Positions 56,136 through 64,000 of a DNA stretch of 64,000 nucleotides are shown here, one piece after another (positions within the stretch are counted from its first letter, which is position 1; every line of letters begins with the position of its first letter). The notes beneath the pieces are model-generated. The model did no database searches, was not told the origin of the DNA, and saw only the letters and a list, made by a program, of their open reading frames with translations. Position numbers and translations under genes: made by a program. The stretch comes from a virus (taxonomy: Duplodnaviria > Caudoviricetes): IMG/VR virus record IMGVR_UViG_3300005973_000002; one strand, 5' to 3'.

Positions 56136-57944
56136 ATGAAGCCGAGTCTTAAATCGATATTTTTTGGTGAGGGAATTGTACCGCAAGGTGATGCTGATGA
56201 GCGTCCGCTCCATGGGGCTCCTGTTTATTACTATCCTACAGGTCGTTCTCTGCCAAAAAAACTCCAGGATCAAGGGGCTTTGAAAAAGGCCAGGAAATGG
56301 AATGAAGATAACAGTCTTCTTGACGTTGATAACCTTGAGAAAAAAACTAAAAAGAAGAAGCGCTGGTACGCCTCTGAGGCGAAAAGCAAGAACACAAGTG
56401 CAAATTCAAACGAAACTTCTCTCAAAGAGTTTAATGCTTTATCAACTGCGGCAATCGAAGCTTCTAATATCCCACCAGGAGCTTGGGATAGAGACGATGC
56501 TCCTCGTATTGACCAAAAAAAGATCAAGAAAAATAAAGAATATGTTAAAAAACTAGACGTAACTGAAGTTGAAGGTAAAAACGGGATTGATGTTCACATC
56601 GATCACATGGATCCGCAATATAAAAGACAAGTAAGTATCGTTAAAAATCCCGAAGACCCAATTGAATGGAAAGAACCTGAATATCTTGATGGTCGAGGTG
56701 AGCATCGTATTTCACAATTGGGCTACGCCAAGATTGCTGATCGTCAAGGTGATCTTAAGATGGATGTATATCTGGCGCCCTACGATCCAAATTGGCGGCG
56801 CTCTGAAGATATGATGCAGCAGGTAATCAAGCATTGGATCGCAAATCATGGCAACCGTGATCGTATTATGCCTGAACCAGATGCTACAATGTTTGTTTCA
56901 ATCAAAGAAGAATGGGAATCACTCAAGAACGAACTTTTTTCTGAGGCTGCTCTTGACAGCAGTGAAAACATCGAGCAACATTTGAAAAAACGAGGCTTGG
57001 ACCCTGAAAAAACAAAGGTTATTATAGACATTGCTACAAACACCGCAGTGTTTCTGCTCTATAACCTCTCGGGTAAATTAATTGGTTACCAACAGTATTT
57101 GCCATCAGGGTCGAAAAAAACCAAGGCTGGCGAGGATCCAAGATTAGCTAAATATTTTACCTGGATTTCACGTGAAGGTGAAACAAACAAAAGAAAAGCA
57201 TTAGGCGTATGGGGACTTGAAAGTGTTGATGAGCGCCCATTTATTTTTATTACCGAAGGCATCTTTGATGCTATAAAACTTCAAAACGAAGGTTTGCCTG
57301 CGATAGCATCTTTGACCAATGATCCAAAGCTCCTTCGTCCTTGGTTGAAAGCAATGCAAAAGTACATAATTGTCGTTGCTGATAACGATGCAGCAGGAAG
57401 AAAGCTTAAAAAGCTTGGCGACCTTGCTCTAACAACACCGGAACCATACAAAGATCTTGGAGAGATGCCACAAAACAAAGTCAGGGATTGGTTGTCGACA
57501 GCGGTACCAACCTCAATTTTAGAAAATAAAAATATTGCAAATGAATTGTGGCGTACTCTAAAAGAGTATTACCCGCACGACCCAGCCGTCAATTACCACG
57601 AAACTGAACCAGGTGTTGAAGGTGAATTTTACTCGATGACTGAAACATATTACCATGGAACAAATCGAGAATTTGCTCCGGGTGATTACATCTTGCCGCC
57701 TGCTGAGACTGGTGAAATTTCTGAAAAGGGAAGAAAAAAGAACTTGGACAAGGTGTTTTTCACTTTGGACAAAGGCAGTGCAAAGATATATGCCGGTCGA
57801 GCTACCAAGTCCTTTGGTACTGGCAGTCCTAATATTTACAAGGTTCAACCTATTGGTTCGATCGAATGGCTTAACAAACAAAAAGGCACAACTGTTTTGA
57901 TGGCACCAATGGCAAAAGTCATTGAAAAGGTTAGTAATCAGTAG
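56136..57944 (+). CDS. Multi-domain protein: leader, DnaG-type TOPRIM, Arr-type ADP-ribosyltransferase
   Basis: ITEGIFDA, ADNDAAG, KDLGE; YYHGT...GDYILP...VFFT...IYKVQP. Start moved to ATG 56136. Confidence 0.75.
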   Translation: MKPSLKSIFFGEGIVPQGDADERPLHGAPVYYYPTGRSLPKKLQDQGALKKARKWNEDNSLLDVDNLEKKTKKKKRWYASEAKSKNTSANSNETSLKEFNALSTAAIEASNIPPGAWDRDDAPRIDQKKIKKNKEYVKKLDVTEVEGKNGIDVHIDHMDPQYKRQVSIVKNPEDPIEWKEPEYLDGRGEHRISQLGYAKIADRQGDLKMDVYLAPYDPNWRRSEDMMQQVIKHWIANHGNRDRIMPEPDATMFVSIKEEWESLKNELFSEAALDSSENIEQHLKKRGLDPEKTKVIIDIATNTAVFLLYNLSGKLIGYQQYLPSGSKKTKAGEDPRLAKYFTWISREGETNKRKALGVWGLESVDERPFIFITEGIFDAIKLQNEGLPAIASLTNDPKLLRPWLKAMQKYIIVVADNDAAGRKLKKLGDLALTTPEPYKDLGEMPQNKVRDWLSTAVPTSILENKNIANELWRTLKEYYPHDPAVNYHETEPGVEGEFYSMTETYYHGTNREFAPGDYILPPAETGEISEKGRKKNLDKVFFTLDKGSAKIYAGRATKSFGTGSPNIYKVQPIGSIEWLNKQKGTTVLMAPMAKVIEKVSNQ

Positions 57945-58632
57945 TTTCCAACCCCGCCTTTTCTATAATTGACAATCCGACATTGGAAAGAAGAACTGTT
58001 TGGTTTTTCGTATTTATTTCTCCAACATAAACCAAAGTAGTTGGTTCTGTTAGCCAACTTTCTTTTGTTTCGTCAGCATCTGGAACACAGTGTTCGAAGT
58101 CACTGGAAAGATAGTGCGGCAATCCAGCGGGCGTTACTTTACCACGACCCCGAGGGCCTCTGTCCAACCACTGTCTAACGGTTGCGTTAGCTGGTGCTTT
58201 AATTTCACCAGCCTCAAGTTTGTCTTCGAGCCATTTTGACATCGCAAAATCGGTATTGTACTGCATGTCATCAGTTTTAGGACAACCTTCTTGTTTTGCT
58301 TTAACATCCGGTTGACCAAATCCTGCATATAAATGTAGCCATTCACCTGGGGCATGTTGTCCTTCAATAGATTCAAGTGCATTTTTCACGTCAGGTGCTA
58401 CAGAAATTCGACTCGTAAAATCATCTTCTATAATGTTCCCTTCATCATCTTCGTAAGGATAGCGTGGCAATCTTGGAGTAAAGGTGAACGAATCCTCGGT
58501 AGACAGCTTTGCAGATGATATGTGAAAAAACCCGAATACTTTCTTAAGTTTTTCAGCGTCTACCAATTGTGGCGATATTCCTTCATAAAGAAAACGTTTC
58601 CACTTCTCTTCCCACGATTGTTGTTTACGCAT
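57931..58632 (-). CDS. Hypothetical protein
   Basis: 233 aa; TACTTAC 4 nt upstream; WKRFLYE leader. Confidence 0.75.
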   Translation of the reverse strand: MRKQQSWEEKWKRFLYEGISPQLVDAEKLKKVFGFFHISSAKLSTEDSFTFTPRLPRYPYEDDEGNIIEDDFTSRISVAPDVKNALESIEGQHAPGEWLHLYAGFGQPDVKAKQEGCPKTDDMQYNTDFAMSKWLEDKLEAGEIKAPANATVRQWLDRGPRGRGKVTPAGLPHYLSSDFEHCVPDADETKESWLTEPTTLVYVGEINTKNQTVLLSNVGLSIIEKAGLETTDY

Positions 58633-58678
58633 ACAAGTAAGTAGTTACATCAAATTGGATACCTGGTATACTCGATCA

Positions 58679-59026
58679 ATGGGATTCCTAAGTAAATTCT
58701 TTAAAAAGAAAATAAAAAAACCGACAAGGGAAGTTTTAAAAGAGCTAATTCCTGGCGATTTAGTTTACATTAAGTTTAAAGCACCTCCCGATATTGGAAT
58801 TGTCAGTGGACATGACTTATCATTAATGAGGCTAAACCCCTTAGAAGCCTCTAAAAGAGAAATTGTGGGCACAATTTCTTTTAACAAAACAATGGAAGCT
58901 CCTTTGTTTTCTAGAGTAATTGAAATAGTAACCTTATCAAGTCCAGATATGCCTGGCAAAACCAGAAGAATGACATTCTTAGAAGATGAAATTGAGATTG
59001 TGAGGAAAATAAAAAATGAGCAATGA
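58679..59026 (+). CDS. Hypothetical protein
   Basis: About 115 aa. Confidence 0.65.
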   Translation: MGFLSKFFKKKIKKPTREVLKELIPGDLVYIKFKAPPDIGIVSGHDLSLMRLNPLEASKREIVGTISFNKTMEAPLFSRVIEIVTLSSPDMPGKTRRMTFLEDEIEIVRKIKNEQ

Positions 59027-59747
59027 TGCTAACGAAAACACATTTGGAGTTGACAATAAAGTTGAACTGATCGGGTATTATGGATCAGACCTGACTCATG
59101 CCTTGTCCGCTTGGACATCCACTTCACGTGATCTTGACACGGTAGACAAAAACGGCAAAACAAAACGAGAACGTGCTCCAGCATTACTCAACATGTTGGC
59201 CTCTGAGGGCCATCATTCTCCCTTTGAAAAAAGCTCACTGCATTTTTTAGTGACTTCAGATATCGCAAGCCACATTCATATTTTGAAACATCGTGTAGGA
59301 GTTTCTGTCAATGGAGAAAGTGCAAGATACAAAGAATTAAAAGATGATAAGCTTTACATGCCCTTGGAATGGCCAGAAGAAGAGAAAGAAAATTATCTTC
59401 GTCACATGGAAGAGACATACAGAAATTATCACAGATCATTAAAGTCTCTCACAGAACACTATATTTCAGTTGAAGGACTTGATAAGCGAAATGCTCGAAA
59501 ACGTGCTAAAGAGTGTGCAAGGTTTTACTTGCCTTATGGCAATCAAATTACTTGTGATGTAATGTTTAATTTTCGAAGTTTTGCTCACTTTATTAATCTT
59601 CGATATAGTAATCATGCACAAAGAGAAATTTGTAATCTTGCAAGACAAATGCTTGAGCAGGTTCAAGCAACAGGAGACTTTGACGAAACATTAAAAGCTT
59701 TTGGATTTGTAGACAACAATGGTGTAATCGTTCCACCATTTGAATAA
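59016..59747 (+). CDS. thyX: Flavin-dependent thymidylate synthase
   Basis: GHHSPFE, HILKHR, ESARY, AQREI. Confidence 0.95.
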   Translation: MSNDANENTFGVDNKVELIGYYGSDLTHALSAWTSTSRDLDTVDKNGKTKRERAPALLNMLASEGHHSPFEKSSLHFLVTSDIASHIHILKHRVGVSVNGESARYKELKDDKLYMPLEWPEEEKENYLRHMEETYRNYHRSLKSLTEHYISVEGLDKRNARKRAKECARFYLPYGNQITCDVMFNFRSFAHFINLRYSNHAQREICNLARQMLEQVQATGDFDETLKAFGFVDNNGVIVPPFE

Positions 59748-59977
59748 TGGTCAAAGGCGAACTCAAACGTGAAATCAAACGAACTGCTTTGCAAATAAGA
59801 CTTCTTGAAGATGCACTTTTGAAGTTCGCTACACAATTGAAGATATCTACCCTCAAACCTACAGGCGCCCTATCTTCGGTAACCAAATCATATGCTGATC
59901 TTCAATGGTTAAAGAAAAAAGTAAAGTATTTGAAAGTATTGTTATGGATAGAAGAAAAAAAAGAGGATACAGATTGA
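59747..59977 (+). CDS. Hypothetical protein
   Basis: 76 aa; coupled start and stop. Confidence 0.6.
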   Translation: MVKGELKREIKRTALQIRLLEDALLKFATQLKISTLKPTGALSSVTKSYADLQWLKKKVKYLKVLLWIEEKKEDTD

Positions 59978-60396
59978 TGATTCAATCTGGACTATCTGAA
60001 GAACAGTTTGAGGCTGCAATGAAGTTTGCATCAAACTGGCGTGATGATATGGAAAAAACAAACTTCTCTTGGAAAAATCGAACAAGAGGTGGGTGGGCAT
60101 CTGAACTCAGACGTCATGCTTATGGATATGTTATCAAAGTGGATGGTCATGGACACCATCGACATGTCTCTTCCCAATCAGAATCAGCAAACTTGCTGTT
60201 CAGACGTGTATCTGTTAGGCGACGTATATTCGGCATTGTAAAGGAAGATGAGGTTATAAAGGTCAAATCCGATCCTGAAAACGATCCGGGCTGTCCTTGT
60301 CTTCGCTGTACTCGCTTGGAAAAGTTTGGTTGGAAAAATGGAACAGCTCCAGAAATGTACACACTTTTCGAATTTGGGGAAATTGAAGGCCAATGA
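59977..60396 (+). CDS. Hypothetical protein
   Basis: Start moved to ATG 59977; CPCLRC. Confidence 0.65.
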   Translation: MIQSGLSEEQFEAAMKFASNWRDDMEKTNFSWKNRTRGGWASELRRHAYGYVIKVDGHGHHRHVSSQSESANLLFRRVSVRRRIFGIVKEDEVIKVKSDPENDPGCPCLRCTRLEKFGWKNGTAPEMYTLFEFGEIEGQ

Positions 60397-60674
60397 ATGA
60401 ACGGATAAGAACTTGGTTTTATCTCAATACTTCTCCAGAAATGCGACAAGATATGAAGGTCATATACAAACTAGATGAAAAGTTTTTTATACCTTTTATC
60501 GAGAGAGCGGGAGCTGAACACATCCTGAATAAGAATCTCAATTTCAGATTGCAATATCACGGAAGTAGTATGGGAGCTGATAGTTTAACTCATCATCATA
60601 TGTCTGTTGCTATTATTCAAGACAATGAAGCAATTTACAGCGAACAATACACTGTAACGAATAGGACAGCGTAG
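60393..60674 (+). CDS. Hypothetical protein
   Basis: 93 aa. Confidence 0.65.
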   Translation: MNERIRTWFYLNTSPEMRQDMKVIYKLDEKFFIPFIERAGAEHILNKNLNFRLQYHGSSMGADSLTHHHMSVAIIQDNEAIYSEQYTVTNRTA

Positions 60675-61547
60675 ATGAATAAAACTCAAACTAATTTTGT
60701 AATCTTTAGCAAAGACAGAGCTTGTCAGTTACATGCTTGCCTTGAGTCCCTGAGTAAACACTTCAAGAGTGATAAAGAACCAACAACTACGATTATTTAC
60801 AAGGCATCTACACCAGAGTTTGACAATGGATATGAAAAACTAAAACAGTCGTTTCCAGAAACTGATAATTTTGTTTGGGCTCCCGAGAAGGATTTCAAAC
60901 ATCAGACCGTTAAGGCAGTGCATGGATTTCCATGGGCACCGTCACAATTCACAATATTTCTTGTGGACGATATTATTTTCGTCAATGACGTCAATACGTC
61001 TGATAAACAATTTGAACTTATTCGTAATAATTCAATGATCGTTGGCATAAGTCTAAGACTTCACAATGGAGTAAATCATTGTTACGCAACAAACGAAATT
61101 CAAAACGTACCACGGTTTGTAAAAGATGTTGTTTGGGCCTGGGATCAATGTAATGGCGATTGGGGTTATCCAATGTCAGTAGATGGCAATGTTTACAACA
61201 CTGATTTCATTTCTTCTTTTGTTGACAGTCTTGATTATTACAATCCAAATACATTTGAAGCGGCTCTAGACTCAGTTAAGCATCAAACAAACATACCGTC
61301 ATATCTTTGTTGTTATCCAGAAGCTCCCAAGCTTATTAATGTTCCAGCCAATCGAGTTCAAAGTGCATATAAAAATCGATATGCAAAAGGATACACAGTT
61401 GAAGAGTTGAATAAATTTTATCTTGAAGGTAGAACAATTGATGTTGATGCTTATCAAGGTTTAAAGCCAAACACGGTTCATGTGCCAATCGATCTTAAGT
61501 TTAAAGATGATAGCAGCTACAATATGCAAGTAGCATTTACAGGATAA
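60675..61547 (+). CDS. Glycosyltransferase-like protein (GT-A fold)
   Basis: IFSKDRACQL, FLVDDIIF. Confidence 0.65.
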   Translation: MNKTQTNFVIFSKDRACQLHACLESLSKHFKSDKEPTTTIIYKASTPEFDNGYEKLKQSFPETDNFVWAPEKDFKHQTVKAVHGFPWAPSQFTIFLVDDIIFVNDVNTSDKQFELIRNNSMIVGISLRLHNGVNHCYATNEIQNVPRFVKDVVWAWDQCNGDWGYPMSVDGNVYNTDFISSFVDSLDYYNPNTFEAALDSVKHQTNIPSYLCCYPEAPKLINVPANRVQSAYKNRYAKGYTVEELNKFYLEGRTIDVDAYQGLKPNTVHVPIDLKFKDDSSYNMQVAFTG

Positions 61548-61548
61548 A

Positions 61549-61634
61549 ATGTACATTAATTTTCGACGTTGTATTCAAGAAGCAGGCGGACGCCTTTCAA
61601 AGGAGTAATTCATATTGGTGCTTTTGAGACCTGA
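61549..61634 (+). pseudogene. Orphaned 5' end of an FkbM methyltransferase gene
   Basis: MYINFRRCIQEAGG, frameshift, PFKGVIHIGA then stop; aligns to the first 24 aa of 62357. Confidence 0.75.
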
Positions 61635-61649
61635 TCATATTTAATGGAC

Positions 61650-62357
61650 ATGAAATGTATATTTGAAGGAAATGCTAATAAGGGTGGTGTTTATCAAATC
61701 ACAAACAAGATTAATAAAAAGACCTACATTGGCAGTGCCAAATGCTTTAAGAAGAGAGCTTACCAACATCGTTCCGCATTGAGAAATGGGAAACATCACA
61801 ACAAACATTTACAACGTGCTTTTAACAAGTACGGCAAAGAAGCGTTTGAATTTAGAGTGTTACAAGTGACTGAAGGCAATAGAGACAGTAGACTAAAAGA
61901 AGAACAAAAATATCTTAATAATTTTCTTCTAGAAGATAGATGGAATTTGTGTTATAATTTATTAAAACAATCTAATTGTGGAAATGGTTTCATCGAAAAC
62001 ATTGGCAAAATACCTTGGAATAAGGGAAAAACAAATATCTATTCCGAAGAAACCCTACTAAAAATAAGCAATTCTGTAAAAACAAGTGGAAACCCAAATT
62101 GGGGAAAGGCTCGTTCACAAGAAACTAAAGAAAAAATTGCAAAAAAGAATAAAGGTGAGAAAAACGGAATGTATGGTAAAATAGGAAAAAAACATCCACG
62201 AGCGAAGTCATACAATCTTCTATCTCCCGAAGGAAAGAATTTTAAAGGAATTGGTCTTAGAAATTTTTGTAATGAACATGGATTGGACCAAAGATCAATG
62301 TGGAGAGTCATTTCAGGTCAAAGAAATCATTACAAGGGATGGAGAAAGTGTAATTAA
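61650..62357 (+). mobile_element. GIY-YIG homing endonuclease, paralog of 24067
   Basis: GNANKGGVYQITN...YIGSA; NUMOD3 repeats; TATTTAA 5 nt upstream. Confidence 0.9.
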
Positions 62358-63001
62358 TGTATATTTCAATGAAACAATGTATTGAATCAATTGGTCATCC
62401 AATACGTGGAATTATTCACATCGGTGCGCACCGAGGTCAAGAGGCCGAAGACTATGCTAACAATGGCGTGAAAGAAGTTCTTTGGGTCGAGGCCAACAAG
62501 AAAATGATGAAGCACCTTTATGACAAAACATGCAATGTGCCTACCAAGTCACACTACTTTTGCGCAACCCTCTCAGACAGGGATAATGAAACAGTAACTC
62601 TAAATGTTACCAATAACGAGCAATCGACATCCATCCTTGAACTTGGAACTCATGCAACTATGTATCCCCATATCACCATCTCGGAAAGGATACAGGTTCA
62701 AACCAAACGATTTGAAACTCTTTGGAGAGAGAATGTAAATGAAATCGATTTAGACTCTTATGATTTTGTAAATATTGATGTACAAGGTGCGGAATTAAAA
62801 GTTCTAAAAGGCTTTGGTGAAATCTGGAATAGAGTTCCTATTAGAGCAGTATATGCAGAAGTTAATTTTGAACATGTTTACAAAGGTTGTTGCTTGGTTG
62901 AAGACCTCGACGAGTACCTTGGCGAATTTGGATTCCAAAGAGTGCTTACAGCCGCCCCTGAAGGAACATGGGGTGACGCCTTATATTTGCGGAGAGTCTA
63001 A
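62357..63001 (+). CDS. FkbM-family SAM-dependent methyltransferase
   Basis: IIHIGAH, WVEAN, SSILE-like TSILE, NIDVQGAELKVLKG, WGDALY. Confidence 0.92.
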   Translation: MYISMKQCIESIGHPIRGIIHIGAHRGQEAEDYANNGVKEVLWVEANKKMMKHLYDKTCNVPTKSHYFCATLSDRDNETVTLNVTNNEQSTSILELGTHATMYPHITISERIQVQTKRFETLWRENVNEIDLDSYDFVNIDVQGAELKVLKGFGEIWNRVPIRAVYAEVNFEHVYKGCCLVEDLDEYLGEFGFQRVLTAAPEGTWGDALYLRRV

Positions 63002-63074
63002 ATCCTTACCTGATCTTTGCAAAAGATACCGCACTCTTGTCCATTTTAGGAAGCAGGATCACAATCGTTTAGTA

Positions 63075-63131
63075 GATACCGGTTATGTTTATGCCCCATG
63101 TGTTCCATTGATTGTTACGCCGACGTTCTTG
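63075..63131 (+). other. 19-codon remnant matching the gp23-like capsid YAPYVP motif
   Basis: DTGYVYAPCVPLIVTPTFL; no clear start codon of its own. Confidence 0.5.
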
Positions 63132-63233
63132 AGCGGTAGCGGAAAGACAAAATGATACATAAAGGTCCAGATTCCCAAAATTAGAATGAGCACATATGTA
63201 AGAAAACAAGATCTTGCAATATGGAGGAGATGA

Positions 63234-64000
63234 ATGTCCGAACAAGAAACAATGACTGAAGAACAGCAAAGAGAGTTGCGAAATTCAATTTTCGCCGCTA
63301 AGAAAGCAGCTGAAGGTGCGCAAGGAGCGACTGAAGTATCGAGAGAGCAATACGCAAAGCAAGAGCTTGGGCTTGATATTCCGGTTGATGCAGTTCCACT
63401 TCCATCCGCTGGACAGATTTATCCAGCAGGTCACGCATTGCATGACGCCAAGAGAGTTGAATTTAGAGCAATGACAGCTCGTGAAGAGGATATTCTCATG
63501 AGCCGTGCATATATCAAGCGTGGTACGGTTATTACCGAACTTATCAAATCATGTTTAATCAACCGAAACGTAGATGTAAACTCAATGATTTCTGGTGATC
63601 GCAATGCATTGATGATTGCCATTCGTATTTCCGGCTATGGTGCAAACTACCAACCACAGTACACTTGCCCTAATTGTGAAACCATGAATGAACTCAATAT
63701 CAATCTTGCCGAGCTTCCAATTAAGCCTTTATCATTACAGCCAGCAGAAGCTTTTACTAACCTATTTCGTTTCAAACTTCCTAAAACCGGGAAAACCGTT
63801 GGTTTTCGTTTTCTAACGGGCGAAGAGGAAGAAAAACTTCTTAAAGCCATGGAAGTAAAAAAGAAAAAAGGAATTCAAAACGACAACATCGTAACCACTC
63901 GACTTCTTTCGTCGATTGTTGAAATTGACGGGGTAACTGATAGAAACCAAATCTCTAAATTTGTTCAGTATATGCCGGCACTCGATTCACTTTCTTTAAG
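63234..64000 (+). CDS. Baseplate hub protein (T4 gp26-like), runs off the window end
   Basis: Not in the ORF track. SD GGAGG; VPLPSAG..YP, MTAREEDIL, GDRNALMIAIRISGYG, CPNC, FKLP, FRFLT. Confidence 0.85.
   Translation, partial: MSEQETMTEEQQRELRNSIFAAKKAAEGAQGATEVSREQYAKQELGLDIPVDAVPLPSAGQIYPAGHALHDAKRVEFRAMTAREEDILMSRAYIKRGTVITELIKSCLINRNVDVNSMISGDRNALMIAIRISGYGANYQPQYTCPNCETMNELNINLAELPIKPLSLQPAEAFTNLFRFKLPKTGKTVGFRFLTGEEEEKLLKAMEVKKKKGIQNDNIVTTRLLSSIVEIDGVTDRNQISKFVQYMPALDSLSL

Noticed and set aside
71-63850. Many short ORF-track calls antisense to or nested in long genes (e.g. 348..584, 7744..8187, 35314..35649, 46487..46939)
   Set aside because: They are shadow ORFs of well-supported genes, with no motifs or RBS.
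1-64000. Stop-codon reassignment suggested by the phage release factor
   Set aside because: Conserved genes are full length in code 11, and TAG (e.g. 31820, 51750), TGA and TAA all end genes at expected positions.
1-64000. CRISPR array or Cas locus near the Cas4-like gene (20868)
   Set aside because: I saw no regularly spaced repeats and no other cas genes; stand-alone Cas4-like nucleases are common in phages.

Overview
This is a 64-kb segment of a large, AT-rich, T4-like dsDNA phage genome. It uses the standard code 11, with TAA, TAG and TGA all acting as stops. Genes run on the minus strand from 1 to 9.8 kb (putative lysis genes, RF1-like release factor, 2 tRNAs, MazG, CCA-adding enzyme) and mostly on the plus strand after that. 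The plus-strand part holds terminase, tRNA-Val, glycosyltransferases, GuaB, a Cas4-like nuclease, DnaE, SOD, gp32-like SSB, RecA, dUTPase, RNase H, DnaB, NrdJ, proteases, a kinase, multi-domain effectors, ThyX, an FkbM methyltransferase and a gp26-like hub. Highlights: (1) a CCA-adding enzyme broken into two ORFs between catalytic motifs A and B by a GIY-YIG element, with no intein; (2) DnaE fractured by a split intein around a free-standing endonuclease; (3) a GIY-YIG insertion that appears to have replaced the 5' end of a methyltransferase; (4) a recurring TAnTTA late-promoter-like motif, several times embedded in hairpins that hide the RBS or start codon; (5) a shared acidic amphipathic N-terminal leader on many unrelated enzymes, suggesting virion-packaged cargo; (6) truncated paralogs of terminase and capsid protein; (7) a structured RNA behind tRNA-Val and a short-arm tRNA-Leu(CAG). 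All family calls come from motif recognition by eye; no database searches were run. Four genes need one extra base to be intact, which may reflect assembly errors.
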